Source of the DNA: Oscillospiraceae bacterium
GTDB taxonomy: Bacteria; Bacillota; Clostridia; Oscillospirales; Ruminococcaceae
NCBI GenBank assembly: GCA_045545655.1
Contig: JAZQBH010000211.1
Location: 1-38,350 of the forward strand
Reading direction: 5' to 3'
DNA: 38,350 nt
Shown: piece after piece, positions 1-8,831 of the stretch
How positions within the stretch are numbered: position 1 is the stretch's first letter
Layout: each line of letters opens with the position of its first letter
Translations under genes and position numbers: made by a program
The notes under the pieces: model-generated
Databases searched by the model: none
What the model was told of the DNA's origin: nothing
Seen by the model: only the letters and a program-made list of their open reading frames with translations

Positions 1-72
1 CTCTCCCCTTTTGGGAGAGGGGGTAGGGGGTGAGGGGGAAACCGAGTAGAAAATGAACTTTTCGACAAACTG
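1..72. repeat. REP/MITE-like intergenic element (partial, at window edge)
   Basis: CTCTCCC-CTTTT-GGGAGAG hairpin followed by GGGGTAGGGGGTGAGGGG, a common REP-like palindrome signature. ACTTTTCGACAAACTG (57-72) resembles an IS/MITE terminal repeat. Confidence 0.45.
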
Positions 73-73
73 T

Positions 74-103
74 GGCGAACGAAAACATTATCGTTCGCCT
101 TTT
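74..103 (+). promoter_or_regulatory. Stem-loop upstream of the sheath RBS (terminator, operator or RNA-stabilising hairpin)
   Basis: GGCGAACGA-N8-TCGTTCGCC, a perfect 9-bp inverted repeat followed by TTTT. Confidence 0.45.
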
Positions 104-131
104 ACTAATTGAAAGGAAAGGTGAAATAAAT

Positions 132-1463
132 ATGGCATTAGGCGGAGGAACATTTCTGGTTCAGAACAAGGTTCTGCCAGGCAGTTACATCAATTTTGTA
201 AGTGCGGCGAGGGCGACTGCCTCCCTCTCCGACAGAGGCACGGCAACAATGCCGCTCACGCTCGACTGGGGCGAGGAGGAAACAGTTTTCGAGGTTACCG
301 CAGAGGATTTTCAGAAGAACTCTCTGAAAATTTTCGGCTACCCTTACACTCACGAAAAGCTGAAGGGCTTGCGTGACCTGTTTCTCAATGCCTCTAAGCT
401 TTACGCTTACCGACTTAACAAGGGCACTGCCGCTGAAAATGATTTTGCAAAGGCTAAGTTCAGCGGAAGCAAGGGTAACGACATTACAATCGCAGTTTCC
501 GCAAATGCGGAAAACTCCGCAAAGTATGACGTTGCTACACTCCTCGGCGGCGAAACCGTTGAAATTCAGACGGTTGAAACCGCAGACGAGCTCTCCGACA
601 ACGACTATGTAATATTCAAGAAGGACGCAGTGCTTAGCGTTACGGCTGGCGTTCCGTTGTCGGGCGGCACTGACGGCGGGGTGAGCGACACTGCGTATCA
701 GAAGTATCTCGATAAGATTGAGCCGTACTCCTTCAACACAATGGGCGTTGTCACAACCGACGACACTGTAAAGAGCCTGTTCGTTTCCTACTGCAAGCGT
801 ATGCGTGACGAGGTAGGCGCAAAGTTCCAGTTGGTACTCTACAACAAACTTGCGGACTACGCAGGCGTAATCAGCGTGAAGAACAAGGCTCTCGACGGAG
901 CAACAACCGAAAACGGCGAAACCGTCTACCCCAACGAGGCGGCGCTCGTGTACTGGGTTACAGGCGCACAGGCAGGCTGTGCGGTAAACAAGTCCGTGCA
1001 GAACAAGCGTTATGACGGCGAGTTCACCCCCGACGCAGACCTCACCCAGAGCGAGCTTACCAGGGCAATCAAGGCTGGCGAGTTTGTTCTGCACCGTGTA
1101 AACAGCGATATCCGTGTGCTTGAGGACATCAACACTATGATTACTACCTCCGACACACAGGGCGACATCTTCAAGGATAATCAGACCGTGCGTGTTACCG
1201 ACCAGATTGCGAACGACATTGCCGTGCTGTTCAGTACGAAGTATCTCGGCACAGTCCCCAACGACAAGGCTGGCCGTGTTTCGCTGTGGAGCGACATTGT
1301 AAATCACCACAGACAGCTGAACAATATCCGTGCGATTGAGGATTTTTCCGAAAGCGATATTGTGGTAACACAGGGCGACAGCAAGAAGTCCGTTGCGGTG
1401 TCTGACGCTGTTACAGTAGTCAACGCTATGTCAAAGCTGTATATGACCGTTACCGTGTCCTGA
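132..1463 (+). CDS. xkdK: Contractile tail sheath protein (XkdK-like)
   Basis: Starts MALGGGTFLVQNKVLPGSYINF, typical of Firmicutes myophage sheaths. RBS GAAAGGAAAGGTG lies before ATG132, so the ORF-track start at 72 is probably too long. C-terminus ...AMSKLYMTVTV. Confidence 0.93.
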   Translation: MALGGGTFLVQNKVLPGSYINFVSAARATASLSDRGTATMPLTLDWGEEETVFEVTAEDFQKNSLKIFGYPYTHEKLKGLRDLFLNASKLYAYRLNKGTAAENDFAKAKFSGSKGNDITIAVSANAENSAKYDVATLLGGETVEIQTVETADELSDNDYVIFKKDAVLSVTAGVPLSGGTDGGVSDTAYQKYLDKIEPYSFNTMGVVTTDDTVKSLFVSYCKRMRDEVGAKFQLVLYNKLADYAGVISVKNKALDGATTENGETVYPNEAALVYWVTGAQAGCAVNKSVQNKRYDGEFTPDADLTQSELTRAIKAGEFVLHRVNSDIRVLEDINTMITTSDTQGDIFKDNQTVRVTDQIANDIAVLFSTKYLGTVPNDKAGRVSLWSDIVNHHRQLNNIRAIEDFSESDIVVTQGDSKKSVAVSDAVTVVNAMSKLYMTVTVS

Positions 1464-1498
1464 ACAGGCAAATCAGATTAACCGAAAGGAGATAATTT

Positions 1499-1978
1499 AT
1501 GGCAAACAACATTACTATGCGCGGCAAGGACGCCGTTTACGCAGGACTTGCAGAATGCTTTATCACCATAGACGGCAAGCGTTATAACTTTATGTCGCTT
1601 ACCGAGTTTGAAAGCAAGCTGAAAACCAACATCGTCAAGGTGAACATTCTCGGAAAGGTCGGCGCAGGTCATAAGACCGCTGGCAGCGAGGGCGTGTGGA
1701 CCGCAAAGGCACACTACAACCAATCCGTTATCCGTGAGATGATGCAGAAGTATCAGAAGTCGGGGGAACTTCAGTACTTTGAAATTCAGGTATCCAACGA
1801 AGACCCCACAACCTCTGTCGGCAGACAGACCATCGTTCACAAGGACTGCCTTTGCGAGGAGATTACCCTTGCGAAGTTTGCCGCAGGCGAGGACCTGCTT
1901 GAGGAAAAGCTGTCTGGCACATTCGACGACTGGGATATGCCCGAAACCTTCACAATGATGGACGGCTTTGAGGGCTGA
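1499..1978 (+). CDS. xkdM: Tail tube protein (XkdM-like)
   Basis: 159 aa directly after the sheath, with YFEIQVSNEDPTTSVGRQT and TFDDWDMPETF motifs. RBS AAAGGAG. Confidence 0.92.
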   Translation: MANNITMRGKDAVYAGLAECFITIDGKRYNFMSLTEFESKLKTNIVKVNILGKVGAGHKTAGSEGVWTAKAHYNQSVIREMMQKYQKSGELQYFEIQVSNEDPTTSVGRQTIVHKDCLCEEITLAKFAAGEDLLEEKLSGTFDDWDMPETFTMMDGFEG

Positions 1979-2013
1979 CCGCAAAAATCCGAACTACAAA
2001 GAAAACGATAAAG

Positions 2014-2059
2014 AAAGGGGGCTTGCCTGTCGCTTATAGCGGCGGGCAGTTCCCTTTTT
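2014..2059 (+). terminator. Internal terminator-like hairpin after sheath-tube
   Basis: AAAGGGGGCTTGCCTGTCGCT-TAT-AGCGGCGGGCAGTTCCCTTTTT: long GC-rich stem with a U-tract. Confidence 0.7.
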
Positions 2060-2080
2060 GCTATATAGAAAGGAGCAGCT

Positions 2081-2494
2081 ATGCCAGGCAATTCATCTGA
2101 TTTTTCACGTTTTATGAGGGCGAACAAGGCGATTAAGGGCAATGAAAAATTCGCCGTTACAAAATCCCTCACCGACAAGGACGGAAATCCGCTTTTGTGG
2201 GAATTCCGCCGCATTTCCTCCAGGGAAAACTCGCTTATACAGGACGAGGTTATGACTTCTGACAGCGTAAAGAACAAGGCAGCGGAATACCTTCACCGAC
2301 TTATCGCAAAATCCACAGTCTACCCCGACTTGTACGACAGCGCACTTCAGGACAGCTACAACGCACGCACTCCCGAAGAACTGCTTTACGCAATGGTTGA
2401 CGACATCGGCGAATACAACGCACTTGCACAGTTTATCCAGATTTTTCAGGGACTTCAGCCGCTGTCGGAAAAGGTTGACGAAGCAAAAAACTGA
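2081..2494 (+). CDS. xkdN: Tail assembly chaperone (XkdN-like, gpG equivalent)
   Basis: Follows the tube gene. Motifs DKDGNPLLWE and VYPDLYDSALQDSY; ends VDEAKN. Confidence 0.88.
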   Translation: MPGNSSDFSRFMRANKAIKGNEKFAVTKSLTDKDGNPLLWEFRRISSRENSLIQDEVMTSDSVKNKAAEYLHRLIAKSTVYPDLYDSALQDSYNARTPEELLYAMVDDIGEYNALAQFIQIFQGLQPLSEKVDEAKN

Positions 2495-2649
2495 TTAAGG
2501 GAGGGTGTGCCGAGGCGAATTACGCCTACTACGCCCTCCACAATCTTCATATACGCCCTATGGAGTTCGCCGAGATGGACGACTCTGAAAAGGCTTTTAT
2601 CATAGCGTGTATTGATATATTTCTTGACGAAAGGGGTGAAGCTACTTGA
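2485..2649 (+). CDS. -1 frameshift extension of the chaperone (gpGT equivalent); not in the ORF track
   Basis: Slippery heptamer A-AAA-AAC at 2485-2491 just before the TGA. The -1 frame reads KKLIKGGCAEANYAYYALHNLHIRPMEFAEMDDSEKAFIIACIDIFLDERGEAT*, and its stop overlaps the next TTG start (TTGA). Confidence 0.82.
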   Translation, partial: KKLIKGGCAEANYAYYALHNLHIRPMEFAEMDDSEKAFIIACIDIFLDERGEAT

Positions 2650-3491
2650 CCAACCTGACCGAATTTACCAACATGACAATACCTCAGATAATCACTTTGT
2701 ATGAAAACATCTCACAAATTTTACAGCCGCTTGGGGAGATTACTATTTCGCTGTTTCCGAATATGCCGAATATGCCGAATGTGCCCAGTTTGCCCGATTT
2801 GCCCGATTTGCCTTACCCGATTAGCCCTACTGCTTCGCAATCCACGGTGGAGGGCTTTTCCACAGGGACAACTTTGCGTGATTTCACAGATTTTCCCAAT
2901 CCCCTAAGTGCAGAAAGCATTGACGGCGGTAAAGCGGCGGCTTACCCGAAAGGCGGCTTTACCGCACCTTATTCATTGCCGCAGTTTTACGGATATTCCG
3001 TGCTGAACAGCCGCAGTCCCTCGGCAAACGTTGAATTATTCACTGCCGTAAATCCCGAAGTTTTCGCTTCAACTGGTTCAGCAACAATTAACCCAGTGCA
3101 GAAAACGCTGAACAACATAACGAAGCAGTACAGCACGGCTGTCACGAAAAGCACATCTGCAATAAACCCGATTTTCACGGAAAACAGCTTCAGCAGAGTT
3201 GATTTTTTCTCCGACAACGGACTTAGCTCCGACATTTTCCACAACTCCTTGATTACCGAAAACCACTTGCAAAAAGCCGTGTTCTCTCCGCACAGGGGCG
3301 AGGAGTTAAGACAGGCGGTGAAAACGGCAAGCAGTTCTTCCGTGTACAACGGCGGCACGGAAATCAGGGTAGATATGTCGGGTATGCGCAACACAGTAAA
3401 CAGCCGCACGGATTTGGACGAGCTGATTGACAGGCTCTGCACAGAGCTGTCACAGGCGGCATTGTCGGCGGCGGAAGGAGTACATTTCTGA
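2646..3491 (+). CDS. Short Pro/Ser/Thr-rich protein in the tape-measure position
   Basis: Lies between the chaperone and the XkdP-like gene. RBS AGGGGTG, TTG start. C-terminus EIRVDMSGMRNTVNSRTDLDELIDRL...AAEGVH resembles the end of clostridial phage tape measures; the rest is low-complexity. Confidence 0.65.
   Translation: MTNLTEFTNMTIPQIITLYENISQILQPLGEITISLFPNMPNMPNVPSLPDLPDLPYPISPTASQSTVEGFSTGTTLRDFTDFPNPLSAESIDGGKAAAYPKGGFTAPYSLPQFYGYSVLNSRSPSANVELFTAVNPEVFASTGSATINPVQKTLNNITKQYSTAVTKSTSAINPIFTENSFSRVDFFSDNGLSSDIFHNSLITENHLQKAVFSPHRGEELRQAVKTASSSSVYNGGTEIRVDMSGMRNTVNSRTDLDELIDRLCTELSQAALSAAEGVHF
2754..2820 (+). repeat. 9-bp tandem repeats encoding P-x-x (PNMPNMPNVPSLPDLPDLPYP)
   Basis: CCGAATATG twice, CCGAATGTG, CCCAGTTTG, CCCGATTTG twice. 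Confidence 0.85.
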
Positions 3492-4183
3492 TGAACTACG
3501 ACCTTTATCTTGACAAAATTCTCTTGCCCGTAGCACCCGAAAAAATCACCATAAAAGTGAACAGCAACAACAAAACGGTGAGCCTTATAAACGACGGGCA
3601 GTGCAGTATCATAAAAAAGCCCCAGCTTACGGTTGTTGAATTTGAGTGCCTGTTCCCTGCGGAAAAATATCCGTTTGCAAGCTATCCCGACGGTTTCAGA
3701 CCGCCGAAGTTCTACACTGACAAGCTGAAAGAACTCAAAGAAAGCGAAAAACCCTTCCGCTTTATTCTTGCGAGAACAAAGCCCGACGGCAAGCCGCTGT
3801 CAGCGGAAAATCTTGCGGTAACGCTTGAGGACTACAAGCTGACGGAAAACGCCGACAGCCTGTGTGACATCACCGCAAGCATAAAGCTAAGGGAATACCG
3901 CTCATTTGCGGCAAAAGTAATCCACGACAGCACTTCTGACGGCGGCGCAAAGCGTGAGCCGTCAACCGTGCGTGAAATTCCCGTCACGGTCGGCTGTGAC
4001 GTTATCGTAAACGGCAGACTCTACAAAAACAGCTACGGCGCAGAGCCTGGAAAAACGCTTACAAACTATCACGGAAAAATAAACTACATCAATATGAAAG
4101 GCTCGCACCCCTACCACGTCACCACGCCGAACGGCGACTGGCTCGGCTGGGTGCTTGCCTCGGCAGTTAAGGCGGTGACATAA
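3491..4183 (+). CDS. xkdP: XkdP-like tube initiator with an SH3-like rather than LysM C-terminal domain
   Basis: N-terminus LLPVAPEKITIK...NKTVSLINDG and IKLREYR are XkdP-like. C-terminus VGCDVIVNG...GSHPYHV...LGWV looks SH3b-like. Confidence 0.78.
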   Translation: MNYDLYLDKILLPVAPEKITIKVNSNNKTVSLINDGQCSIIKKPQLTVVEFECLFPAEKYPFASYPDGFRPPKFYTDKLKELKESEKPFRFILARTKPDGKPLSAENLAVTLEDYKLTENADSLCDITASIKLREYRSFAAKVIHDSTSDGGAKREPSTVREIPVTVGCDVIVNGRLYKNSYGAEPGKTLTNYHGKINYINMKGSHPYHVTTPNGDWLGWVLASAVKAVT

Positions 4184-5154
4184 TGAACTACAAGTTAATC
4201 ATAAACAACGGCACCAAGCAGTTTTCGCCTGTTGTGGCAGACGGCGTGGAGTGGCACACCGTCCGTCACGGTGCGGCAGGAAAGCTTATTTTCGATATGG
4301 TGCGTGACAACAGCTGTCTGCCGCAGGAGGGGGATATGGTCACCCTTTCGGTAGACGGCAAAAACGTGTTCTGCGGCTATATCTTCGGCAGACAGTGGCA
4401 CAAGGACGGACTGGTGTCCGTTACAGCTTACGACCAGTTACGCTACTTCACCAACAAGGACACCTACATCTACTCGGGAAAAACCGCCGCACAGGTTGTT
4501 AAAATGCTTGCGGCTGATTTCGGGCTGAAAACCGCAAAACTCCCCGATACGGGCTATGTAATTCCAAGCCGTGTGGAGGACAACAAAACGCTTTTCGACA
4601 TCACGGCAAACGCAATCTCCCTCACCCATCAGAACACCGGAAAGCTGTTTGTGCTGTATGACGATTTCGGCACAATAACGCTTAAAAATTCCGCTGATAT
4701 GGCGGTTAAGGATAACGGCGGCTATCTTGTGCTTGACGAAAATTCAGCGGAGGATTTCGAGTATGTCTGCGACATTAACAGCACGTTCAACAAGATAAAG
4801 CTTGTGCGTGAAAACAAAAAGCTGGGCAGACGAGAGGTGTTCACCGCCGCCGACAGCGAGAATATCCGCCGTTTCGGAACACTGCAGTATTACGGAAAAC
4901 TGACCGCAGGCGAAAACGGCAGAAGCAAAGCGGATACTCTGCTTAAGCTGTACAACACAAAGTCACGTGCTCTTAAAATCACAGGCGCAAGAGGAAATCT
5001 GAACGTGCGTGCCGGGGCTATGGTCGGGGTAAGGCTTGCGGATTATGGTATTTCAACGGCTGAATTTATGCTTGTGGAAAGCGTGCGACACTTCTTCAGC
5101 GAAAACGAGCATACTATGACGCTTACGCTTAGCGGAGGTAAACTGAATGGCTGA
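4183..5154 (+). CDS. xkdQ: Baseplate hub protein (XkdQ-like)
   Basis: VTAYDQLRYFTNKDT, LYDDFG and FGTLQYY motifs; synteny. Confidence 0.88.
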   Translation: MNYKLIINNGTKQFSPVVADGVEWHTVRHGAAGKLIFDMVRDNSCLPQEGDMVTLSVDGKNVFCGYIFGRQWHKDGLVSVTAYDQLRYFTNKDTYIYSGKTAAQVVKMLAADFGLKTAKLPDTGYVIPSRVEDNKTLFDITANAISLTHQNTGKLFVLYDDFGTITLKNSADMAVKDNGGYLVLDENSAEDFEYVCDINSTFNKIKLVRENKKLGRREVFTAADSENIRRFGTLQYYGKLTAGENGRSKADTLLKLYNTKSRALKITGARGNLNVRAGAMVGVRLADYGISTAEFMLVESVRHFFSENEHTMTLTLSGGKLNG

Positions 5155-5509
5155 CGTTACGGCACTTACAGGTGCAATCAAGCGGCTTGCGGTAGACGCT
5201 GTCAATTCCGAAAGTCCGTGTGCGGTGCTTTTCGGCACGGTTAAATCTGAAAATCCGCTTGAAATTTCCGTAGACCAGAAACTCACACTCACCGAAAATC
5301 AGCTTATCCTCACACGCAATGTAACCGACTTTGAAACGGAAACAACCGTTGACTGGAAAACCGAAGAAGCACAGCTTCACACCCACAACATAAAAAACAA
5401 GAAGAAAATTACAGTGCACAACAAGCTGAAATCAGGCGATGTAGCGGTACTGCTGAGGCTGTCGGGCGGCCAGCAGTACCTTGTACTGGATAAGGCAGGT
5501 GATATGTGA
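5147..5509 (+). CDS. xkdR: Central spike (XkdR/DUF2577-like)
   Basis: FGTVKSENPLEISVDQKL, HTH (HxH apex motif) and LKSGD...GGQQYLVLDK. Confidence 0.85.
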   Translation: MADVTALTGAIKRLAVDAVNSESPCAVLFGTVKSENPLEISVDQKLTLTENQLILTRNVTDFETETTVDWKTEEAQLHTHNIKNKKKITVHNKLKSGDVAVLLRLSGGQQYLVLDKAGDM

Positions 5510-5910
5510 TGATACCAACTATTGAGGAAATTACGGCAGATTTCGCCGACAATGCTCAGCCGTCAAAAACCTACAGAATGAACACCTCCGACGAGGTGAT
5601 TGCAGGCTACACCGACGAGCTTGCCGCTGTTGAACAGGCTGTATTCAAGATATTGCAGACCGAGCGTTATGAAAGTCCCATCTATTCGGGCAACTACGGT
5701 GTGGAGCTTGCCGACCTGTTCGGTCAGCCTCTCTCCTACGTTCAGCCCGAGCTTGAACGCAGAATATGCGAGGCTCTCCTTCAGGACGAGCGTATTCAGA
5801 GCGTAACGGATTTTCAGTTCACTGCAGTCGGCAAGGGCGAACTGCTTGTGCAGTTTAAGGTAACTACCGTGTTCGGGGACGTGACCACAGAAAGGAAGGT
5901 GAACATCTGA
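5506..5910 (+). CDS. xkdS: Sheath initiator / gp25-like baseplate protein (XkdS/DUF2634)
   Basis: QAVFKILQTERY..IYSGNYGVEL and EALLQDERIQSV. Confidence 0.88.
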   Translation: MMIPTIEEITADFADNAQPSKTYRMNTSDEVIAGYTDELAAVEQAVFKILQTERYESPIYSGNYGVELADLFGQPLSYVQPELERRICEALLQDERIQSVTDFQFTAVGKGELLVQFKVTTVFGDVTTERKVNI

Positions 5911-7133
5911 TGTTTCAGAACATCTCTTATGAGCAAATCCGAAAAAATATGCTTGAGCGTGTGTCAGAAAATTCTGATAACCTCAACAGATTGGACAAGC
6001 GAGAAGGCTCGCTTATTTCAGACGCAATCTCCCCGGCGGCACTGGAAATTATGGGCGTGTACATTGCGCTTGAACGCATAATCAGCGAGGCTTACGGCGA
6101 CACGGCAAGCCGTGAGTTTCTCATTCTCCGCTGCAAGGAGCGTGGAATCGAGCCGTTCCCCGCAACGTGCGCCGTGTATAAGGGCGAGTTCTCGCCGAGC
6201 ACCGTTGACGTTTCGGGAAAGCGTTTCAGCGTGGGCGAGGTGAACTTCACCGTCGGCGAAAAAATCGCAGACGGGCAGTATTACCTCACCTGCGAAACCG
6301 CTGGTGCAGAGGGCAACAGGCACTTCGGCACGGCAATTCCCATCGACTACATCGAGGGACTTGAAACCGCCGAAGTCACCTCGCTGTTAATCCCTGGTGA
6401 GGACGAGGAGGACACCGAGGCACTCCGTCAGCGGTATTTTTCGTCCTTCAATATCCGTGCGTTCGGCGGAAACAAGGCGGATTACATCGAGAAAATTTCC
6501 GCTATGGCGGGCGTCGGCGGCGTGAAGATTACACGTGTGTGGAACAGCGGCGTAAAGCCGTCTGAACTCGTCCCCTCTGAGAGCGTGCTGACGTGGTATG
6601 ACGAGAACTCCGCAACACTCCCCGAGGACGTTTCAGCGTGGCTTACCCCCACAATCACAGCGGCGAAAAGCGGCAAGCTCACTTCGGGCGGCTGTGTGCT
6701 TGCAACACTGCTGGACAGCGAGTTCAGCCCCGCAACACAGGCGCTCACCGAGCAGGTGAAGCAGTCGCTTGACCCCTCGGACAGTACAGGCGAGGGCGAC
6801 GGCATTGTCCCTATCGGGCACGTTGTCACCGTGCAGAGCGCAGTCCCCGTGACGGTGAATATCAGCACGGACATCACCTTCGCCGAGGGCTACAGCTGGG
6901 ATAATCTCCAGACGGCGATTGAAAAAGTTGTTGAGGATTATCTCCTTGAACTGCGCAAAAACTGGCAGAACACCAGTTCTCTTATCGTGAGAATTTCGCA
7001 GATAGAAACACGTATTCTCGGAATTTCGGGAGTAGTGGACATCGGCGTCACGACAATCAACGGCGAGGTTAGCAACCTTGTTTTAGGCGAATTTGAAGTT
7101 CCTGTTATAGGCGAGGTGAGTGCAAATGGCTGA
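5910..7133 (+). CDS. xkdT: Baseplate J-like wedge protein (XkdT)
   Basis: DKREGS, CETAGAEGN, PGEDEEDTEALRQR, FGGNKADY and PIGHVVTV motifs. Confidence 0.92.
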   Translation: MFQNISYEQIRKNMLERVSENSDNLNRLDKREGSLISDAISPAALEIMGVYIALERIISEAYGDTASREFLILRCKERGIEPFPATCAVYKGEFSPSTVDVSGKRFSVGEVNFTVGEKIADGQYYLTCETAGAEGNRHFGTAIPIDYIEGLETAEVTSLLIPGEDEEDTEALRQRYFSSFNIRAFGGNKADYIEKISAMAGVGGVKITRVWNSGVKPSELVPSESVLTWYDENSATLPEDVSAWLTPTITAAKSGKLTSGGCVLATLLDSEFSPATQALTEQVKQSLDPSDSTGEGDGIVPIGHVVTVQSAVPVTVNISTDITFAEGYSWDNLQTAIEKVVEDYLLELRKNWQNTSSLIVRISQIETRILGISGVVDIGVTTINGEVSNLVLGEFEVPVIGEVSANG

Positions 7134-7671
7134 CGCAAATTCTGTTAATCTGCTGGAATATCTTCCGCCGTTTCTGCGTGAATACCGTGAAATGAAAGCG
7201 GTAATGAACGCTGAAAATCCTGAGCTTTCTGCACTCTACGAAAACGCAGACAGGGTGCTGAACAACGAGTTTATTGCAACCGCCGACGAATACGGAATTG
7301 AGCGATTTGAAAAACTTCTGGGCATTCTTCCATCGAAGTCAGACACGCTCGAAAGCCGCCGTGCAAGGGTGCTGTCGAGGTGGTTTACTCAGCTTCCGTA
7401 CACGCTCAGGGCGTTTCTTGCAAAGCTGTATGGGCTGTCGGATTACGGCAACATCGAGGTTGCCGTGGATTTCGACCGCTACCGCATAGCAATCGACACA
7501 GACTTTGAGTTGTACGGTCAGACAAGCGAGATTGAACGTCTGGTAGAGCTGATGTTTCCGTGCAACATCATCGCAGACCTGCGCAACACTATCCGGCTTT
7601 CGGCACACGGCGAGTATAAGCACGGCGGCGCGGTGCGCTTTACGGAAATAATTCAGGCACAATCCCCATAA
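7126..7671 (+). CDS. xkdU: Baseplate wedge protein (XkdU/DUF2313-like)
   Basis: LLEYLPPFL, FIATADEYGIERFEKLLGI and TLESRRARV. ATG7126 follows GAGGTG. Confidence 0.85.
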   Translation: MADANSVNLLEYLPPFLREYREMKAVMNAENPELSALYENADRVLNNEFIATADEYGIERFEKLLGILPSKSDTLESRRARVLSRWFTQLPYTLRAFLAKLYGLSDYGNIEVAVDFDRYRIAIDTDFELYGQTSEIERLVELMFPCNIIADLRNTIRLSAHGEYKHGGAVRFTEIIQAQSP

Positions 7672-7688
7672 GCAGAAAGGAGTTTTAA

Positions 7689-8819
7689 ATGGCAGAATTT
7701 TCAAAACTTGTAATCACGAAAAGCGGACAGGCTCTGCTTTCGGAAATTCTCGCGGAAGGCGGCAAGCTGGAATTTTCAAGGGTGTGCGTTTCGGACGTGG
7801 AAGTCCCCGAAACGGAACTAGAAACACTTGAAACGCTGTCGCAGATACGACAGGAAAGCCCTGTAACCGACATCACGAAAACAAGCGAGCAGGCGGTTGT
7901 GGTGGAGGCGGCTTTCTCGAACACTGACCTTACCGAGGGCTACTTTATGCGCACTCTCGGACTTTTTGCAAAGCACGGCGAAAAGAACGTGCTGTATGCG
8001 GCGGCGGTGGAAACCTCGGGGCACTGCTATATGCCGCCGTATAACGGAGTGACCGTGTCGGGGGCGATGGTGCAGCTGGTTACTGCAGTGGGCAATTCTG
8101 AGAATGTTTCTCTTAAGGTTGACTCCGTCAACACAAAGATAGATAAAGATGATGTAAGCAATCCTAACTTACTGGTTAACCCTGATTTCAAGATAAATCA
8201 GAGAGGTCTGACAGAGTACACAAATAGCAGTAATGCTTACACATCCGCTGTTGACCGTTGGGCATTTAAAAAAGGCGGAGATACCTCTGCTACCATAACA
8301 GTTGCGGATAATGGAGTTACCATATCACCATCAACGGCAATAGTTCATTTTATGGACTCTGAACTCATTCATAATATAACCGGTAAAACTTTAACTATAT
8401 CAGTTAATATCAACGATGTGATTATATCAGGAACTTTTACGTGGACAGATCAGACATACTTTGTCATTAAAGAAACTGATAGTCTTCGTGTTGCATATTC
8501 GGTTACTGGTAAGTATATCCAGATATTCAATACATCCACCACAGAAAGCAAGAATGTAAAATGGGCTAAACTCGAAATCAGCTCTGTAGCTACACAGTTC
8601 GTAGCACCTGACCCTTTAACCGAGAAGGTTAAGTGCGGTATTCCTGATGATACAAGTACCTATGGATATAGAGCAATTGTTAACGCTGATAGTGTATCAG
8701 GTGTAACTGTATCTGACGATGATACTCTTGGTCTTCGTAAGATATATGCAGGTACTTCTGATATGACAGCAGGCACGTCTACCCTTGAATCAGGTGCTAT
8801 CTACCTTGTATACGAATAA
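7689..8819 (+). CDS. Tail fibre with N-terminal collar/baseplate-attachment domain
   Basis: N-terminus VITKSGQALL...GYFMRTLGLFA...VLYA is tail-collar type. The middle NPNLLVNPDFKINQRG...DRW domain is common in Firmicutes fibres. C-terminus GAIYLVYE. Confidence 0.85.
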   Translation: MAEFSKLVITKSGQALLSEILAEGGKLEFSRVCVSDVEVPETELETLETLSQIRQESPVTDITKTSEQAVVVEAAFSNTDLTEGYFMRTLGLFAKHGEKNVLYAAAVETSGHCYMPPYNGVTVSGAMVQLVTAVGNSENVSLKVDSVNTKIDKDDVSNPNLLVNPDFKINQRGLTEYTNSSNAYTSAVDRWAFKKGGDTSATITVADNGVTISPSTAIVHFMDSELIHNITGKTLTISVNINDVIISGTFTWTDQTYFVIKETDSLRVAYSVTGKYIQIFNTSTTESKNVKWAKLEISSVATQFVAPDPLTEKVKCGIPDDTSTYGYRAIVNADSVSGVTVSDDDTLGLRKIYAGTSDMTAGTSTLESGAIYLVYE

Positions 8820-8831
8820 GGCGGTGATACT

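Noticed and set aside
74-99. LexA (Cheo) box controlling the tail operon
   Set aside because: GAAC and GTTC are 12 nt apart, not the 4 nt of the Firmicutes SOS box.
138-1310. 390-aa antisense ORF (also 10979-11767, 19241-19861, 22081-22806, 31892-32464, 33650-34309, 34627-35328, 37594-38190)
   Set aside because: Shadow frames opposite well-supported genes, explained by codon bias; no motifs or RBS.
6535-6690. ~50-aa insertion in baseplate J as a possible intein or novel domain
   Set aside because: No intein terminal motifs; more likely a subfamily-specific loop.
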